Source of the DNA: an uncultured Thermodesulfobacteriota bacterium
Lineage (GTDB): Bacteria; Desulfobacterota; Desulfarculia; G963662305
DNA length: 64,000 nt
Assembly (NCBI GenBank): GCA_964634465.1
Contig: CAZWLY010000009.1
Span: 80,397-144,396 of the forward strand
Direction of reading: 5' to 3'
The notes beneath the pieces were generated by a model. It did not search any database, was not told where the DNA came from, and saw nothing but the letters and a program-made list of their open reading frames with translations. The translations under genes were made by a program, and so were the position numbers. Of this stretch, positions 54,057 through 63,220 are shown piece by piece (position 1 is the stretch's first letter; every line of letters starts with the position of its first letter).

Positions 54057-55145
54057 ATGATCCGGGCGCGCACCATAGTCCTGGCTCTGCTGCTGGCCCT
54101 CGGCGTGGCTTCGTTCGCCGCCGCGGCCGAGCCCCAGGCCATCGGCCGCATCTACGGCGCGGTCGGCGATTGCCGGGTGGTCAACAAGGACTTGGGCCGG
54201 GATCTCGCCGCCCGGAAGGGGATGGCCCTCTACCAAGGCGACACCATCTTCACCGGAGCAGACTCCACGGTCAAGATCGTCCTGGCCGACGACAGCCTGG
54301 TGCGCGTGGGAGCCGAATCGGAGCTGGCTCTCGACCAGTTCAGACTGGACGTCCAGGCCCAGGAGCGCGAGACTACGCTCAGACTGCCTCTGGGTAAGGT
54401 CAAGGTTCTGGTCAACGATCTTTTCGGCTACAAGGAACGCCGCTTCGAGATCAAGACGCCCACCGCCGTGGCCGGTGTTCGCGGTACCTTGATGGCGGTG
54501 ATCGTCGAGTCGCCGTCCCTGACCAGCGTCGTCGGTTACGACAATCCGGTGGTGGTCTACAACCCCGCCTTCCCGGACCAGGTGGTCGTGCTGACCAACG
54601 TCCAGTTGACCCAAGTCTTCGGCGACAACCCGCCCTCAGAGCCCCGTGACTTGACGCCTCAGGAAGAGGAGAGATTCCGGCAGCTCTTCCCCGACATGCC
54701 TGACGAGTCATCGAGCTCGGAGTCCGGCGGTGAGGGCGGCGGCACGGGCGGTACGGGCGGCACGGGTGGAACGGGCGGCACGGGCTCGCCGGGGGTGAGC
54801 GGGAACACGCCGACTACCGTCCAGACCACGACCACCACCGCGCCGACCACAACCACGACCACGACGACGACCACCACCACGACCACGACGACGACCACCA
54901 CCACGACCACCACGACCACGACCGAGCCGACCACCACGACGACGACCACCACCACGACCACGACCACGACCGAGCCGACCACGACCACCACGACGACGAC
55001 CACCACGACGACGACCACCACCACGACCACGACGACGACCACCACTCTGCCTCCGCCGCCGACGACCACGACCACCACCGTCCCGACCACGACCACCACC
55101 ACGACCACCACCACCCTGTCTCCGGGCTTGAGGCCCTGCTCGTAA
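54057..55145 (+). CDS. Secreted FecR-domain protein with a C-terminal poly-threonine tract of about 100 residues
   Basis: Signal peptide, then a FecR-like beta region ('ALYQGDTIFTGADSTVKIVLADDSLVRVGAESEL...'), then (GGT)4 and T-runs interrupted by EP/LPPPP/VP. Confidence 0.7.
   Translation: MIRARTIVLALLLALGVASFAAAAEPQAIGRIYGAVGDCRVVNKDLGRDLAARKGMALYQGDTIFTGADSTVKIVLADDSLVRVGAESELALDQFRLDVQAQERETTLRLPLGKVKVLVNDLFGYKERRFEIKTPTAVAGVRGTLMAVIVESPSLTSVVGYDNPVVVYNPAFPDQVVVLTNVQLTQVFGDNPPSEPRDLTPQEEERFRQLFPDMPDESSSSESGGEGGGTGGTGGTGGTGGTGSPGVSGNTPTTVQTTTTTAPTTTTTTTTTTTTTTTTTTTTTTTTTTEPTTTTTTTTTTTTTTEPTTTTTTTTTTTTTTTTTTTTTTTLPPPPTTTTTTVPTTTTTTTTTTLSPGLRPCS
54800..55115 (+). repeat. Near-perfect ACC/ACG trinucleotide (Thr-codon) repeat, about 300 bp
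   Basis: Read directly: (ACC/ACG/ACA)n with rare GAG-CCG / CCG interruptions. Confidence 0.9.
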
Positions 55146-55236
55146 CCGCCGCCTTGCTCGGGTCAGCCGAATCGGACTTCGTCGGGCTCATTTCCCTGGC
55201 ATTCCCCCCTGTCGCCTTGCCGGTGGAGAGCGGTCG

Positions 55237-57828
55237 ATGAAGCGCTCGGTCCTGATCGACGGTCTGGTCCTGGCCGCCTCGGTCGGCTTTACGGCCTACC
55301 TTTTGCCCTGGTCGCTGGTCCTTTCGCCCTCCATCCCGGCCGGCGGCGACACCACCTCCCACTTCGCCGCCCTGGTCCACTTCAAAGACTACGTCCTGCC
55401 CCAGTGGCGGCTTTGGGGCTGGCACCCCGGCAACCTGGCCGGCTTCCCGCTCTTTCAGTTCTATTTCCCCTTGCCGCCGCTGGTGATCGTCGGCTTGAGC
55501 GCTTTCTGGGGCCTGGCGCCGGCCTTCAAGCTGGGGGCGCTGATCCCGGCCCTGGCCTTGCCGGTGAGCGTCTATTTCTGTTTGAGACGCCTGGGGCTGG
55601 GCTTTCCCGGTCCGGCCTTTGGAGCCGCTTTTTCGCTGAGCTTCCTTCTGGCCGAGACCAATCAGGTCTGGGGCGGCAACCTGGCTTCGATTCTGGCCGG
55701 CGAGATTTGCTACGCCTGGGCCTTCAACCTGGTCCCGATCTACCTGGGGTCGCTGTACGCCTGGATGCGAAGCGACGCGCCGTCCGGCCGAGGGGCGATC
55801 CGGCTGGCCGTCCTGCTCCTCTTCATCGGACTCAGCCACGCCTACGCCCTCTTGTTCGCGCTTGCGACCGGGCTCTACTTCCTTCTGGACCGGGGCCGGT
55901 TCAAGGCGGCCGCGCTGGGCCTGTTCGTCGTCTACGCTCTGGCCTTCTTGCTTTTGGGGCTGTGGCTGATTCCGATGCTGGTCTACACCCCCTTGACCGA
56001 GATGTTCAACTTCGTCTGGGTCGTCGATTCCTGGCGGGAGTTTACGCCGACGACGCTCCTGCCGGTCCTCGTCTTGGCCGCCTTGGCCGGGCCGCTGGCC
56101 TGGCGGTGGGGCGAGACGGTCGATCGGGATCGGGCCGGCTTCCTGCTCTTCTGGGTCGTGGCCGCGGCCAGCCTCTACTTTCTGGCCCCGTTCATGAACT
56201 CGATCACTATCCGCTTCGTCCCCTTCGCCCACCTGGCCGCCGTCCTGTTGGCCGCCCAGGGGCTGAGGCTCATCACCCGCCGCCTGGCCGGGCGCGGTCT
56301 GGTCGCGCTCATCGTCGTCCTCGCTTCGGTGGTCTGGACCGGCGGCCGAATGAATTATCTCGACCGCTGGCTCAGTTGGAACAACGCCGGGCTGGAGGCG
56401 ACGCCGGCCTGGTCGGAGGTCGAGCGCCTGACCGAGTTCCTGCGACCGAAGGGTCCGGCCTGGGAGGCGTCCCGGGTGGTCTACGAGCATTCGCCGCTGA
56501 ACGATCAGGCCGGCACACTCAGAATCTTCGAGTCGCTGCCGATTCTGGCCGGCCGGGCCACCCTGGAGGGCGCCTACCTCCAGGCCAGCCCCAACGCGCC
56601 GTTCATCTTCTACCTCCAGTCAGAGGTCAGCCGCCGCAGCTCGTCGCCCTTGCCCGGCTACGTCTACACTCGGCTCAATCTTGGCCGGGCCGTGGAGCAC
56701 ATGCGCCTCTACAACGTCGGCCAATACATCGTCGTCGAGCCGGAAACCCGGAAATTGGCCGACCGCCAGCCGGGCCTGATTCTGGAGCGGGAGTTCGGGA
56801 GCTACTCGGTCTACCGGGTACTCGGCAACCGGGACGCCTACGCCGTTACGCCCGAGCGGGCCCCGGTGCTGGTCATCACCGATCGACCCCAGGCGATCGC
56901 CTTCGAGTGGTTCAGGTTTTCCGATCTGAAGACGCCGCTCGTCTTCGCCCGCCGGATGCCGGCCGGGGCCGGGGAGCGCTTCGCCGGGGTGTTGATCGAT
57001 TCCGGCCGGGACGACGAGGCGTTGTTCAAGCTGATCAGGGAGAACCGGCTGCCCAAAAAGGAGTTGGCCGGCCGGCCCATCGTCGAGAAGATCGCCCCGG
57101 AGCGAATCGAGCTGAGGGGGCTCCAACCCGGCCGGCCGGTGGTGATCAAGATGTCCTATCACCCGGCCTGGCGGACTTTGAGCGGCGAGGAGATATTCAG
57201 GGTCTCTCCGGCCTTCATGCTCGTCTTCCCCGACTCCGACAGGTTGACCCTGGTCTGCGGCCCGACCTGGGCCAACCACCTCGGCCTGGCGCTGAGCGTC
57301 CTCGGGTTGATCCTGATCGGCCTCCTCGCCTGGCGGCCGGGGTTGGCTTTCCCGCTCCGGCCGGAACCGAGGGGGGCGGAAAGGACCGGGCCCCGGCCGT
57401 GGTTGACGGCGTCGTTGCTCGTGGTGTGGGCGATCGGCCTGGCTGGGCTGTGGAGCCGGCACGACGACGCTTCGACCATCCTGGCCAAAGCCAGGGCGCT
57501 CAGGGCCGAGGGCCGTCTCGAGGAGGCCAGGGCCAAGTTCAGGGAGGGGTTGAAGCGCTTCGAGATGTCGGTCGTGGTCGATTATACGTGGTACGATCTG
57601 GCCATGACCTACTACGCCGGCCGGGATTACGCCGAGGCGGAGAGGCTGCTGAAAGAGGTCGTCCGGCGCTTTCCGGACTCGATCCTCATGCCCGAGACCC
57701 TCTACCACTTGGGTTGGTGCGCTGAAAAGCAGGGCCGGGCGGCCGAGGCCGAAGCGTACTGGCGGCGGCTGAGACAGGAGTTTCCGGAAAGCGGATGGGC
57801 CCAGGAGATTGAGAAGCATGGCTCTTAA
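55237..57828 (+). CDS. Large polytopic membrane protein, GT-C/YfhO-like glycosyltransferase architecture with C-terminal TPR domain
   Basis: About 11-13 N-terminal TM helices with an acidic first-loop motif 'GGDTTSHFAALVHFKD'. A soluble domain of about 320 aa follows, then one more TM helix ('LGLALSVLGLILIGLLAW'), then 3-4 TPRs. The family call is from architecture only. Confidence 0.45.
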   Translation: MKRSVLIDGLVLAASVGFTAYLLPWSLVLSPSIPAGGDTTSHFAALVHFKDYVLPQWRLWGWHPGNLAGFPLFQFYFPLPPLVIVGLSAFWGLAPAFKLGALIPALALPVSVYFCLRRLGLGFPGPAFGAAFSLSFLLAETNQVWGGNLASILAGEICYAWAFNLVPIYLGSLYAWMRSDAPSGRGAIRLAVLLLFIGLSHAYALLFALATGLYFLLDRGRFKAAALGLFVVYALAFLLLGLWLIPMLVYTPLTEMFNFVWVVDSWREFTPTTLLPVLVLAALAGPLAWRWGETVDRDRAGFLLFWVVAAASLYFLAPFMNSITIRFVPFAHLAAVLLAAQGLRLITRRLAGRGLVALIVVLASVVWTGGRMNYLDRWLSWNNAGLEATPAWSEVERLTEFLRPKGPAWEASRVVYEHSPLNDQAGTLRIFESLPILAGRATLEGAYLQASPNAPFIFYLQSEVSRRSSSPLPGYVYTRLNLGRAVEHMRLYNVGQYIVVEPETRKLADRQPGLILEREFGSYSVYRVLGNRDAYAVTPERAPVLVITDRPQAIAFEWFRFSDLKTPLVFARRMPAGAGERFAGVLIDSGRDDEALFKLIRENRLPKKELAGRPIVEKIAPERIELRGLQPGRPVVIKMSYHPAWRTLSGEEIFRVSPAFMLVFPDSDRLTLVCGPTWANHLGLALSVLGLILIGLLAWRPGLAFPLRPEPRGAERTGPRPWLTASLLVVWAIGLAGLWSRHDDASTILAKARALRAEGRLEEARAKFREGLKRFEMSVVVDYTWYDLAMTYYAGRDYAEAERLLKEVVRRFPDSILMPETLYHLGWCAEKQGRAAEAEAYWRRLRQEFPESGWAQEIEKHGS

Positions 57829-60040
57829 ACGGAGAAACATCATCCCCGCCGGTTTGGGACTGGGTTTGACCCTGCTCGTCATGGTTTTATATGTGGTCGG
57901 GACGTCGTTCACCGACCTGATGGAGCTCAAGGCCCTCGACGCCATGTTCCTGTTCCGGGGCCAGGTCCCCATGGTCACCGACAAGGTGGTCGTGGTGGCC
58001 GTGGACGAGCGCAGCCTGGACGAAGCGGGGCGCTGGCCCTGGCCCAGAGAGAAGATGGCGGCCTTGATCAAGGCCGTCTCGGATCAGGGCGCCAAGGCCA
58101 TCGGCCTGGACATCGGCTTCTTCGAGCCGGACAATCGCTTCGACGCCCAGACCATCCTGGCCATCAATCGGGCGGCCGAGGCGGGCAAACCGCTGTCGTT
58201 GGAGGAGATCGTCGCCCGCTTCCACCCGGATTACGTCCTGGCCCAGACCATCGCCTCCATTCCGGCCGAGGTGGTCCTGGGCTACTTCTTCCACATGTCC
58301 AAGGAGGCGGTCTCCCACCTCAAGGCCGAGGAGATCAAGGCCCGCCGCCGGGCCATCGACCGCTTCGCCTTTCCGGCCGTCCGCTATCGCTCCGAGGCGG
58401 CCATGGAACGGCCGCTGGTGACCGCCTACGCTCCGGAGAACAATCAGCCCGTTCTCATCCAGGCCGCCCGGGCGGCCGGCTACTTCAACATCATTCCCGA
58501 CGGGGACGGCGTGGCCCGACGGATCAACCTGGTCATCCAGTGCGGCGATCGCCTCTATCCGGCCATGAGTCTGGTCACCCTGTCGCGCTTTTGGGGGGTG
58601 CCGCTGCCGGTGGTGGACGTCAAGGACTTCGGCCTGGAGAGCCTGACGCTGGGTCCGGTGAGGATCCCGGTGGACGAGAAGGGCCGGGCCTGGATCAACT
58701 TCCGGGGCGGACGGGGCGCGGTGCCCCGCTACGAGGCGGTGGACGTGCTCAGGGGCAAGCTGCCCAAGGGCGCGCTCAAGGACAAGGCGGTCATCCTCGG
58801 CGTGTCGGCCACCGGCGTCGGCGACGTCCGGGCGACGCCCTTCGAGACCACCCATCCCGGCGTGGAGATCCAGGCCCAGGTCGTGGACAACATCCTCTCC
58901 GGCCAGTTCCTCTTCCGGCCGTCCTGGGCCCGCCTCTTCGACCTGATCGCCATCTTGGGTCTGGGCCTGATCGCCGCCTTCGTCATGAGCGCGCTCAGGC
59001 CCAGCCGCGGCTGGTGGGTGGTCGCCGTTCTGGGCGTCGGCTTCGTCATCCTCGGCTACCAGTTGTTCTTGCAGGGCTACCTCCTCAACCTGACCCACCC
59101 CTTGCTGGCCTTGGTGGTCAGCGCCGTGGGGTTGACGGCCTATCGCTACCTGACCGAAGAGAGGGAGAAGAAGTACATCCGCCACGCCTTCCAGCACTAT
59201 CTCAACCCGTCGGTCATCGAGCAGGTGGTCAGCCACCCCGAGGGGCTGAAACTGGGCGGCCAGAAGCGGGTGCTGACCGTGCTCTTCTCCGACATCCGGG
59301 GCTTCACCTCCATCTCCGAGAAACTGGAGCCCGAGGTTCTATCCCACGCCCTCAACACTTACCTGGACAGGATGACCGAGGTCGTGTTCGAGCACGACGG
59401 CGTTTTGGACAAATACATCGGCGACGCGGTCATGGCCTTTTTCGGCGCGCCCATGGACCAGCCCGATCACGCCGCCCGGGCCTGCCGGACGGCGCTGAGG
59501 ATGGTCGAGGAGCTGAAGAAACTGGGGGCGTTCTTCGACGAGATGGGCGTGCCCCACTGGCAGATCGGCATCGGCATCAACACCGGGCCGATGGTCGTCG
59601 GGAATCTCGGCTCCCGCTTGAGGTTCGACTACACCGTCATCGGCGACAACGTGAACACCGCCTCCCGCCTGGAGGGCCAGACCAAGGGCTACGGCGTGGG
59701 CATCATCGTCGGCCAGGCCACGGTGGAGGAGTGTCGGGACCGGTTCCATTTCCGGATCCTGGACCTGATCAGGGTCAAGGGCAAGACCGAACCGGTGGCC
59801 ATCTATGAGCTGGTCGGGCCGGCCGAGGAGCCCAAGCCGGAGATCGTCGATCTGGCCGAGACGGCCTTCAAGACCTATCTCGATCGGGACTTCGCCTTGG
59901 CCGAGGCTCTGCTGGAGCAGATTCTCAGCGTCGATCCCGGCGACGCCCCGGCCGCGCTGCTGAAGGCCCGCTGCCGGGAACTGATAGCCAACCCGCCGCC
60001 CGAAGACTGGGACGGGGTGGAGACCAAGACGACCAAGTGA
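57818..60040 (+). CDS. CHASE2 sensor domain adenylate/guanylate cyclase
   Basis: N-terminal TM plus CHASE2 ('VVVAVDERSLDEAGRWPWPR'), three TM helices, then the class III cyclase core 'VLTVLFSDIRGFTSISE...YIGDAVMAFFGAP'. The ATG at 57818 after AGGAG overlaps the upstream gene by 11 nt. Confidence 0.85.
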   Translation: MALKRRNIIPAGLGLGLTLLVMVLYVVGTSFTDLMELKALDAMFLFRGQVPMVTDKVVVVAVDERSLDEAGRWPWPREKMAALIKAVSDQGAKAIGLDIGFFEPDNRFDAQTILAINRAAEAGKPLSLEEIVARFHPDYVLAQTIASIPAEVVLGYFFHMSKEAVSHLKAEEIKARRRAIDRFAFPAVRYRSEAAMERPLVTAYAPENNQPVLIQAARAAGYFNIIPDGDGVARRINLVIQCGDRLYPAMSLVTLSRFWGVPLPVVDVKDFGLESLTLGPVRIPVDEKGRAWINFRGGRGAVPRYEAVDVLRGKLPKGALKDKAVILGVSATGVGDVRATPFETTHPGVEIQAQVVDNILSGQFLFRPSWARLFDLIAILGLGLIAAFVMSALRPSRGWWVVAVLGVGFVILGYQLFLQGYLLNLTHPLLALVVSAVGLTAYRYLTEEREKKYIRHAFQHYLNPSVIEQVVSHPEGLKLGGQKRVLTVLFSDIRGFTSISEKLEPEVLSHALNTYLDRMTEVVFEHDGVLDKYIGDAVMAFFGAPMDQPDHAARACRTALRMVEELKKLGAFFDEMGVPHWQIGIGINTGPMVVGNLGSRLRFDYTVIGDNVNTASRLEGQTKGYGVGIIVGQATVEECRDRFHFRILDLIRVKGKTEPVAIYELVGPAEEPKPEIVDLAETAFKTYLDRDFALAEALLEQILSVDPGDAPAALLKARCRELIANPPPEDWDGVETKTTK

Positions 60041-60050
60041 GCCGCCCGGT

Positions 60051-60623
60051 TCACCCCTGTTCGACCAGGCGCCGGGCCAGGTCCCGGGCCCGATCCCGGA
60101 CCTCCGGCGACAGTCGATCCGGGGTGGTGCAGCCGCCGACGAACAGCTCGCCGACCGGCCGGGCCTTGGCGTAATCCGCGATCCGCCTGAACGAAGTCAC
60201 GATCTCCTCGCCGTTGTTTTCGTACTCGTCGGCGGCCGTCACCAGCAGGGCCTGGCGCTGGCCTTCGACCAGCGAGGCGTGGCCCGGCCGGCCGTAGTCG
60301 ACCACCAGCGAGTACCCCCGATCGAGGAAGGCCTTCATTTGGGCGCTGAAACCCCAGAAGTAGAGCGGTGAGGCGAAGACGACGGCCTCGGCCTTGATCA
60401 TTTTGTCCAGCAGGGGACCGGCGTCGTCTTCTTGGACGCAGGCCGGCCGATCGGGGTGCTCCCGGCACTTGGCGCAGCCCAGGCAGCCGTTGATCTTCAG
60501 CCGCGCCAGGTCGATGTGTTCGACCCGGTGTCCCAGGCCGGCCAATTCGTCTTCCACCCAACTTAAAACGGCGGCGGTGTTGCCCTTGGGGCGGGGGCTG
60601 CCGAGGAGAGTCAGGACGTTCAT
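60051..60623 (-). CDS. NAD(P)H-dependent FMN reductase / flavodoxin-fold protein with a Cys cluster
   Basis: 'MNVLTLLGSPRPKGNTAAV' flavodoxin-like nucleotide loop and 'CLGCAKC...C'. I used the internal Met start (ATGA overlap with the upstream gene) and not the 60911 track start. Confidence 0.7.
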   Translation of the reverse strand: MNVLTLLGSPRPKGNTAAVLSWVEDELAGLGHRVEHIDLARLKINGCLGCAKCREHPDRPACVQEDDAGPLLDKMIKAEAVVFASPLYFWGFSAQMKAFLDRGYSLVVDYGRPGHASLVEGQRQALLVTAADEYENNGEEIVTSFRRIADYAKARPVGELFVGGCTTPDRLSPEVRDRARDLARRLVEQG

Positions 60624-61204
60624 GGTCGATCTCCTGTCAACTCCTGCACCGTCTCGACGGTCAAGAGCGGGTGCAAGGGGCCGTTTCGATAGATCTCCAG
60701 GCAATTGTGGTGCGCCTCGTCGCTGAAGGCGGTGGTGGCGTCCTCGACGATGACGGCGTGGAAGTCCAAACAGACCGCGTCGAGGGCGGTGGCCAGAACA
60801 CAGTAGGGCGTGGTCAGACCGCAGGCGGCGACCCGCTCCACCCGCCACAGGCGCAGAGTCTGGTCCAGGTCGGTCTTGAAAAAGGCGCTGAAACGCCGTT
60901 TGGGCAGCCACATGTCGCCGGCCTCGAAGTCGAGCCGTGAACTGATTTCGGCCCCCTCGGTGCCTCGAATCGAATGGTCCTTCATCTTGCCCCGAAACAG
61001 GGCGTCGTCCGGCAGGAAGGAGTCGGTGGCGAACACGACCGGCCAGCCGAGCCGGCGAGCGGCGGCGGTGAGTCGGTTGACGGCCGGCACGATGCCCTCG
61101 GCCCGTTCGGCCAGGGACCGATGGCGGGACAATTCCAGGTTGTCCTTGACCATATCGACGACGATTATCGCCGTCTTCATGGTCTCTTGACGACGATCAG
61201 CCAT
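60620..61204 (-). CDS. Isochorismatase-family cysteine hydrolase
   Basis: 'TAIIVVDMVKDNLE' and a catalytic Cys in 'AACGLTTPYCV'. The GGAGG RBS is present. Confidence 0.8.
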   Translation of the reverse strand: MADRRQETMKTAIIVVDMVKDNLELSRHRSLAERAEGIVPAVNRLTAAARRLGWPVVFATDSFLPDDALFRGKMKDHSIRGTEGAEISSRLDFEAGDMWLPKRRFSAFFKTDLDQTLRLWRVERVAACGLTTPYCVLATALDAVCLDFHAVIVEDATTAFSDEAHHNCLEIYRNGPLHPLLTVETVQELTGDRP

Positions 61205-61216
61205 GGGACCTCCGGG

Positions 61217-61501
61217 CTAGGTGACCGAGGCCCGCTTGGAGGCGATGGTCGCCTTTTTGTCGCGACGATCATCGACCTTGAGGTCGATGACTATCCGCTG
61301 GGCCCCCTCGGCCACGTGGGCGGCGTGGACCTTCTTGACCAGGTCGAACAGGGCGTCCAGGTCGGGCACCTCGACGGTGGTGGCCATGCCGCCGACCTCG
61401 TAGGTGTAGCCCGATTCCTCGATCACCTTGACGCCTTTCTTGACGAAACGACTGAGGCTGGTTCCCTCGCCGATGGGATAGACGGACATCTGGGCGATCA
61501 T
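61217..61501 (-). CDS. MTH1187/YkoF-family (UPF0045) small ligand-binding protein
   Basis: 'MSVYPIGEGTSLS...YTYEVGGMATTVE' thiamine/ligand-binding ferredoxin-like fold pattern. Start after GAGAAGGAGG. Confidence 0.6.
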   Translation of the reverse strand: MIAQMSVYPIGEGTSLSRFVKKGVKVIEESGYTYEVGGMATTVEVPDLDALFDLVKKVHAAHVAEGAQRIVIDLKVDDRRDKKATIASKRASVT

Positions 61502-61745
61502 GACGACCTCCTTCTCAAAGCTATAATCGGCCTTGGCCAGTGTATACGGGGAGGGGAGAAAATCACAAGTCGGATTGTGGTCCGACCTTTGTTTTCGGGT
61601 TTCCTCGGCCGTGGTTTCAGACTGGTTGGTCCGCAAATGGTCCGTTTTTCGCGGACCAAACCAGGCGTTTTTGGGCGCTTTCAGGCGTTTTTGCTTTTGG
61701 GGTTGACCGACCCAACTCCCCGTGTTACCAGTATTTTCGCGCCTT

Positions 61746-61822
61746 GCCCCCGTAGCTCAGGAGGATAGAGCACCAGATTCCTAATCTGGGTGTCGGGAGT
61801 TCGAATCTCTCCGGGGGTACCA
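61746..61822 (+). tRNA. tRNA-Arg (anticodon CCT)
   Basis: Manual cloverleaf: GCCCCCG acceptor (G1-U72), GTAGCTCAGGAGGATAGAGC D-arm, anticodon loop UUCCUAA, T-loop TTCGAAT, encoded CCA. Confidence 0.85.
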
Positions 61823-61830
61823 GGAATATC

Positions 61831-61866
61831 AAGAGGTTGCGCCACCAGACGCAACCTCTTTTTCGT
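61831..61866 (+). terminator. Rho-independent terminator after tRNA-Arg
   Basis: AAGAGGTTGC-(10 nt loop)-GCAACCTCTT followed by TTTTCG. Confidence 0.5.
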
Positions 61867-62122
61867 GTTGGGCGCCAGGCGGCGCGAAAAGAGGAATCGG
61901 CGATTCGTATCGGTTCCGGCCCTCTTGCGCCTCGGCCGGGTGAGGTACGGCTCCAAACAAACTGCGGTTGATGATTCCCCGGGCCGGGTGAGCCTGCGGG
62001 CGGCGATACCGCCGGAACGAACGCCGGCGGCGCACCCATGCCCGGCCAGCGACCGGCCTTGGCTCGGCCCCCGCCAGGCGTGCTTGTTTTCTGGCGGAGG
62101 CCAAGGTCGTGGCGTCCCCCCT

Positions 62123-63220
62123 TTAGAAGACGAGGGTGGTGTAAAGGCCGACCCGTATACCGTTGCCGAGGTCGGCGCCGGAGGTGTCCTCCCCAAAGTC
62201 GTACCAGGCCAGTTCCGGAACGAAGGTGATACTGCCGAAACCGATCCAGTAGTTGGCGTAAACAGCGGCCGTGTGGGGATTGCCGGTCCACTGAGCGACG
62301 CCGTTGAGGTCGTCCCGCGAGGCGTGGGCATAGCCGCCGCCGAGATGCAAGTTACCTATCTTGAGGTCGCCGAACACCCGGAACTGTTTGTGGTCGGCCC
62401 GGTGCTCGAAGGTGGAATCGAAAACGGGGAGGGCCGGGCCGGCCACGGGATTGGTTCCGGTGCTGTTGATGCCGTAACCGACGCCCACCGTGAACCCGAT
62501 CAGGCCGAAGTCGCCGGCCAACTCCAGGCCCAGGTCCAGAGAGTGCCAGTCGACCGTCGAGCCGTCGGAGACTTTGGTCAGACGCTCCATCTCCCATCTG
62601 AACCAGGGATAGACGTTGACCCGTCCGAAGCTCATGTCCAGGGCGGCCGCCACGGCCGGGAGATAACGAGAAGAGATCCCGTCGTCCACGCCGTCCCCGT
62701 TGACGTCGAAGTTGCCGGTATGGGTCGGCGATTCGAGCGCGAACTTGAACTTGTACTTGGTTCCCAGGGTGAGCCTGATCTGCTCGGGCCGGTTCCACCA
62801 GTCCTTGCCGAAGCCGAGGATGCCGGCCGTTCCCCTCAGCACCGAGGCGGGAAAGTAGGATTCCTCCAGAGAGCCGGTCTGGCCGAAGAGGATGCTCCCG
62901 CCGTTCCAGTTGTACCTGAACCAGGTTCGCCGGGTGTAGACGTTGTTCCCCTGGGTGTTGGAGAGCAGGCCGATCTCCGCGTAGGCTTCATATTTCTTGT
63001 CGGCGCTCTGGTAGGTGAAGTTGAGATTGGAAGTGGACATGTGGAAGATGTCGAGGGCGATGATACTGTTGCCGGTCGACGAACTGTTGGAGTCCTCGCC
63101 AAGATAACTCAACTCGAATCTCAAGGCGCCGCCCACCTTGACGCTGCCGGCCAGAGCCACTGAGGACAAGCCCAAGGTCAAGAGGATGGCTCCAACGAAC
63201 GCCGTCAATTTTTTTGACAT
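62123..63220 (-). CDS. Outer-membrane porin-like beta-barrel protein
   Basis: Signal peptide 'LTLGLSSVALAGS'. Alternating hydrophobic/aromatic strands with C-terminal '...GLYTTLVF'. Strong GGGAGG RBS. Confidence 0.5.
   Translation of the reverse strand: MSKKLTAFVGAILLTLGLSSVALAGSVKVGGALRFELSYLGEDSNSSSTGNSIIALDIFHMSTSNLNFTYQSADKKYEAYAEIGLLSNTQGNNVYTRRTWFRYNWNGGSILFGQTGSLEESYFPASVLRGTAGILGFGKDWWNRPEQIRLTLGTKYKFKFALESPTHTGNFDVNGDGVDDGISSRYLPAVAAALDMSFGRVNVYPWFRWEMERLTKVSDGSTVDWHSLDLGLELAGDFGLIGFTVGVGYGINSTGTNPVAGPALPVFDSTFEHRADHKQFRVFGDLKIGNLHLGGGYAHASRDDLNGVAQWTGNPHTAAVYANYWIGFGSITFVPELAWYDFGEDTSGADLGNGIRVGLYTTLVF

Noticed and set aside
54659-55114. ORF encoding poly-Val/Gly on the minus strand
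   Set aside because: It is the reverse-complement reading of the ACC/ACG Thr-codon repeat and not an independent gene.
54720-55115. Possible CRISPR array or other spaced repeats
   Set aside because: The repeats are contiguous trinucleotides inside a coding frame. There are no repeat-spacer units of 24-48 bp and no cas genes. No CRISPR array was seen anywhere in the window.
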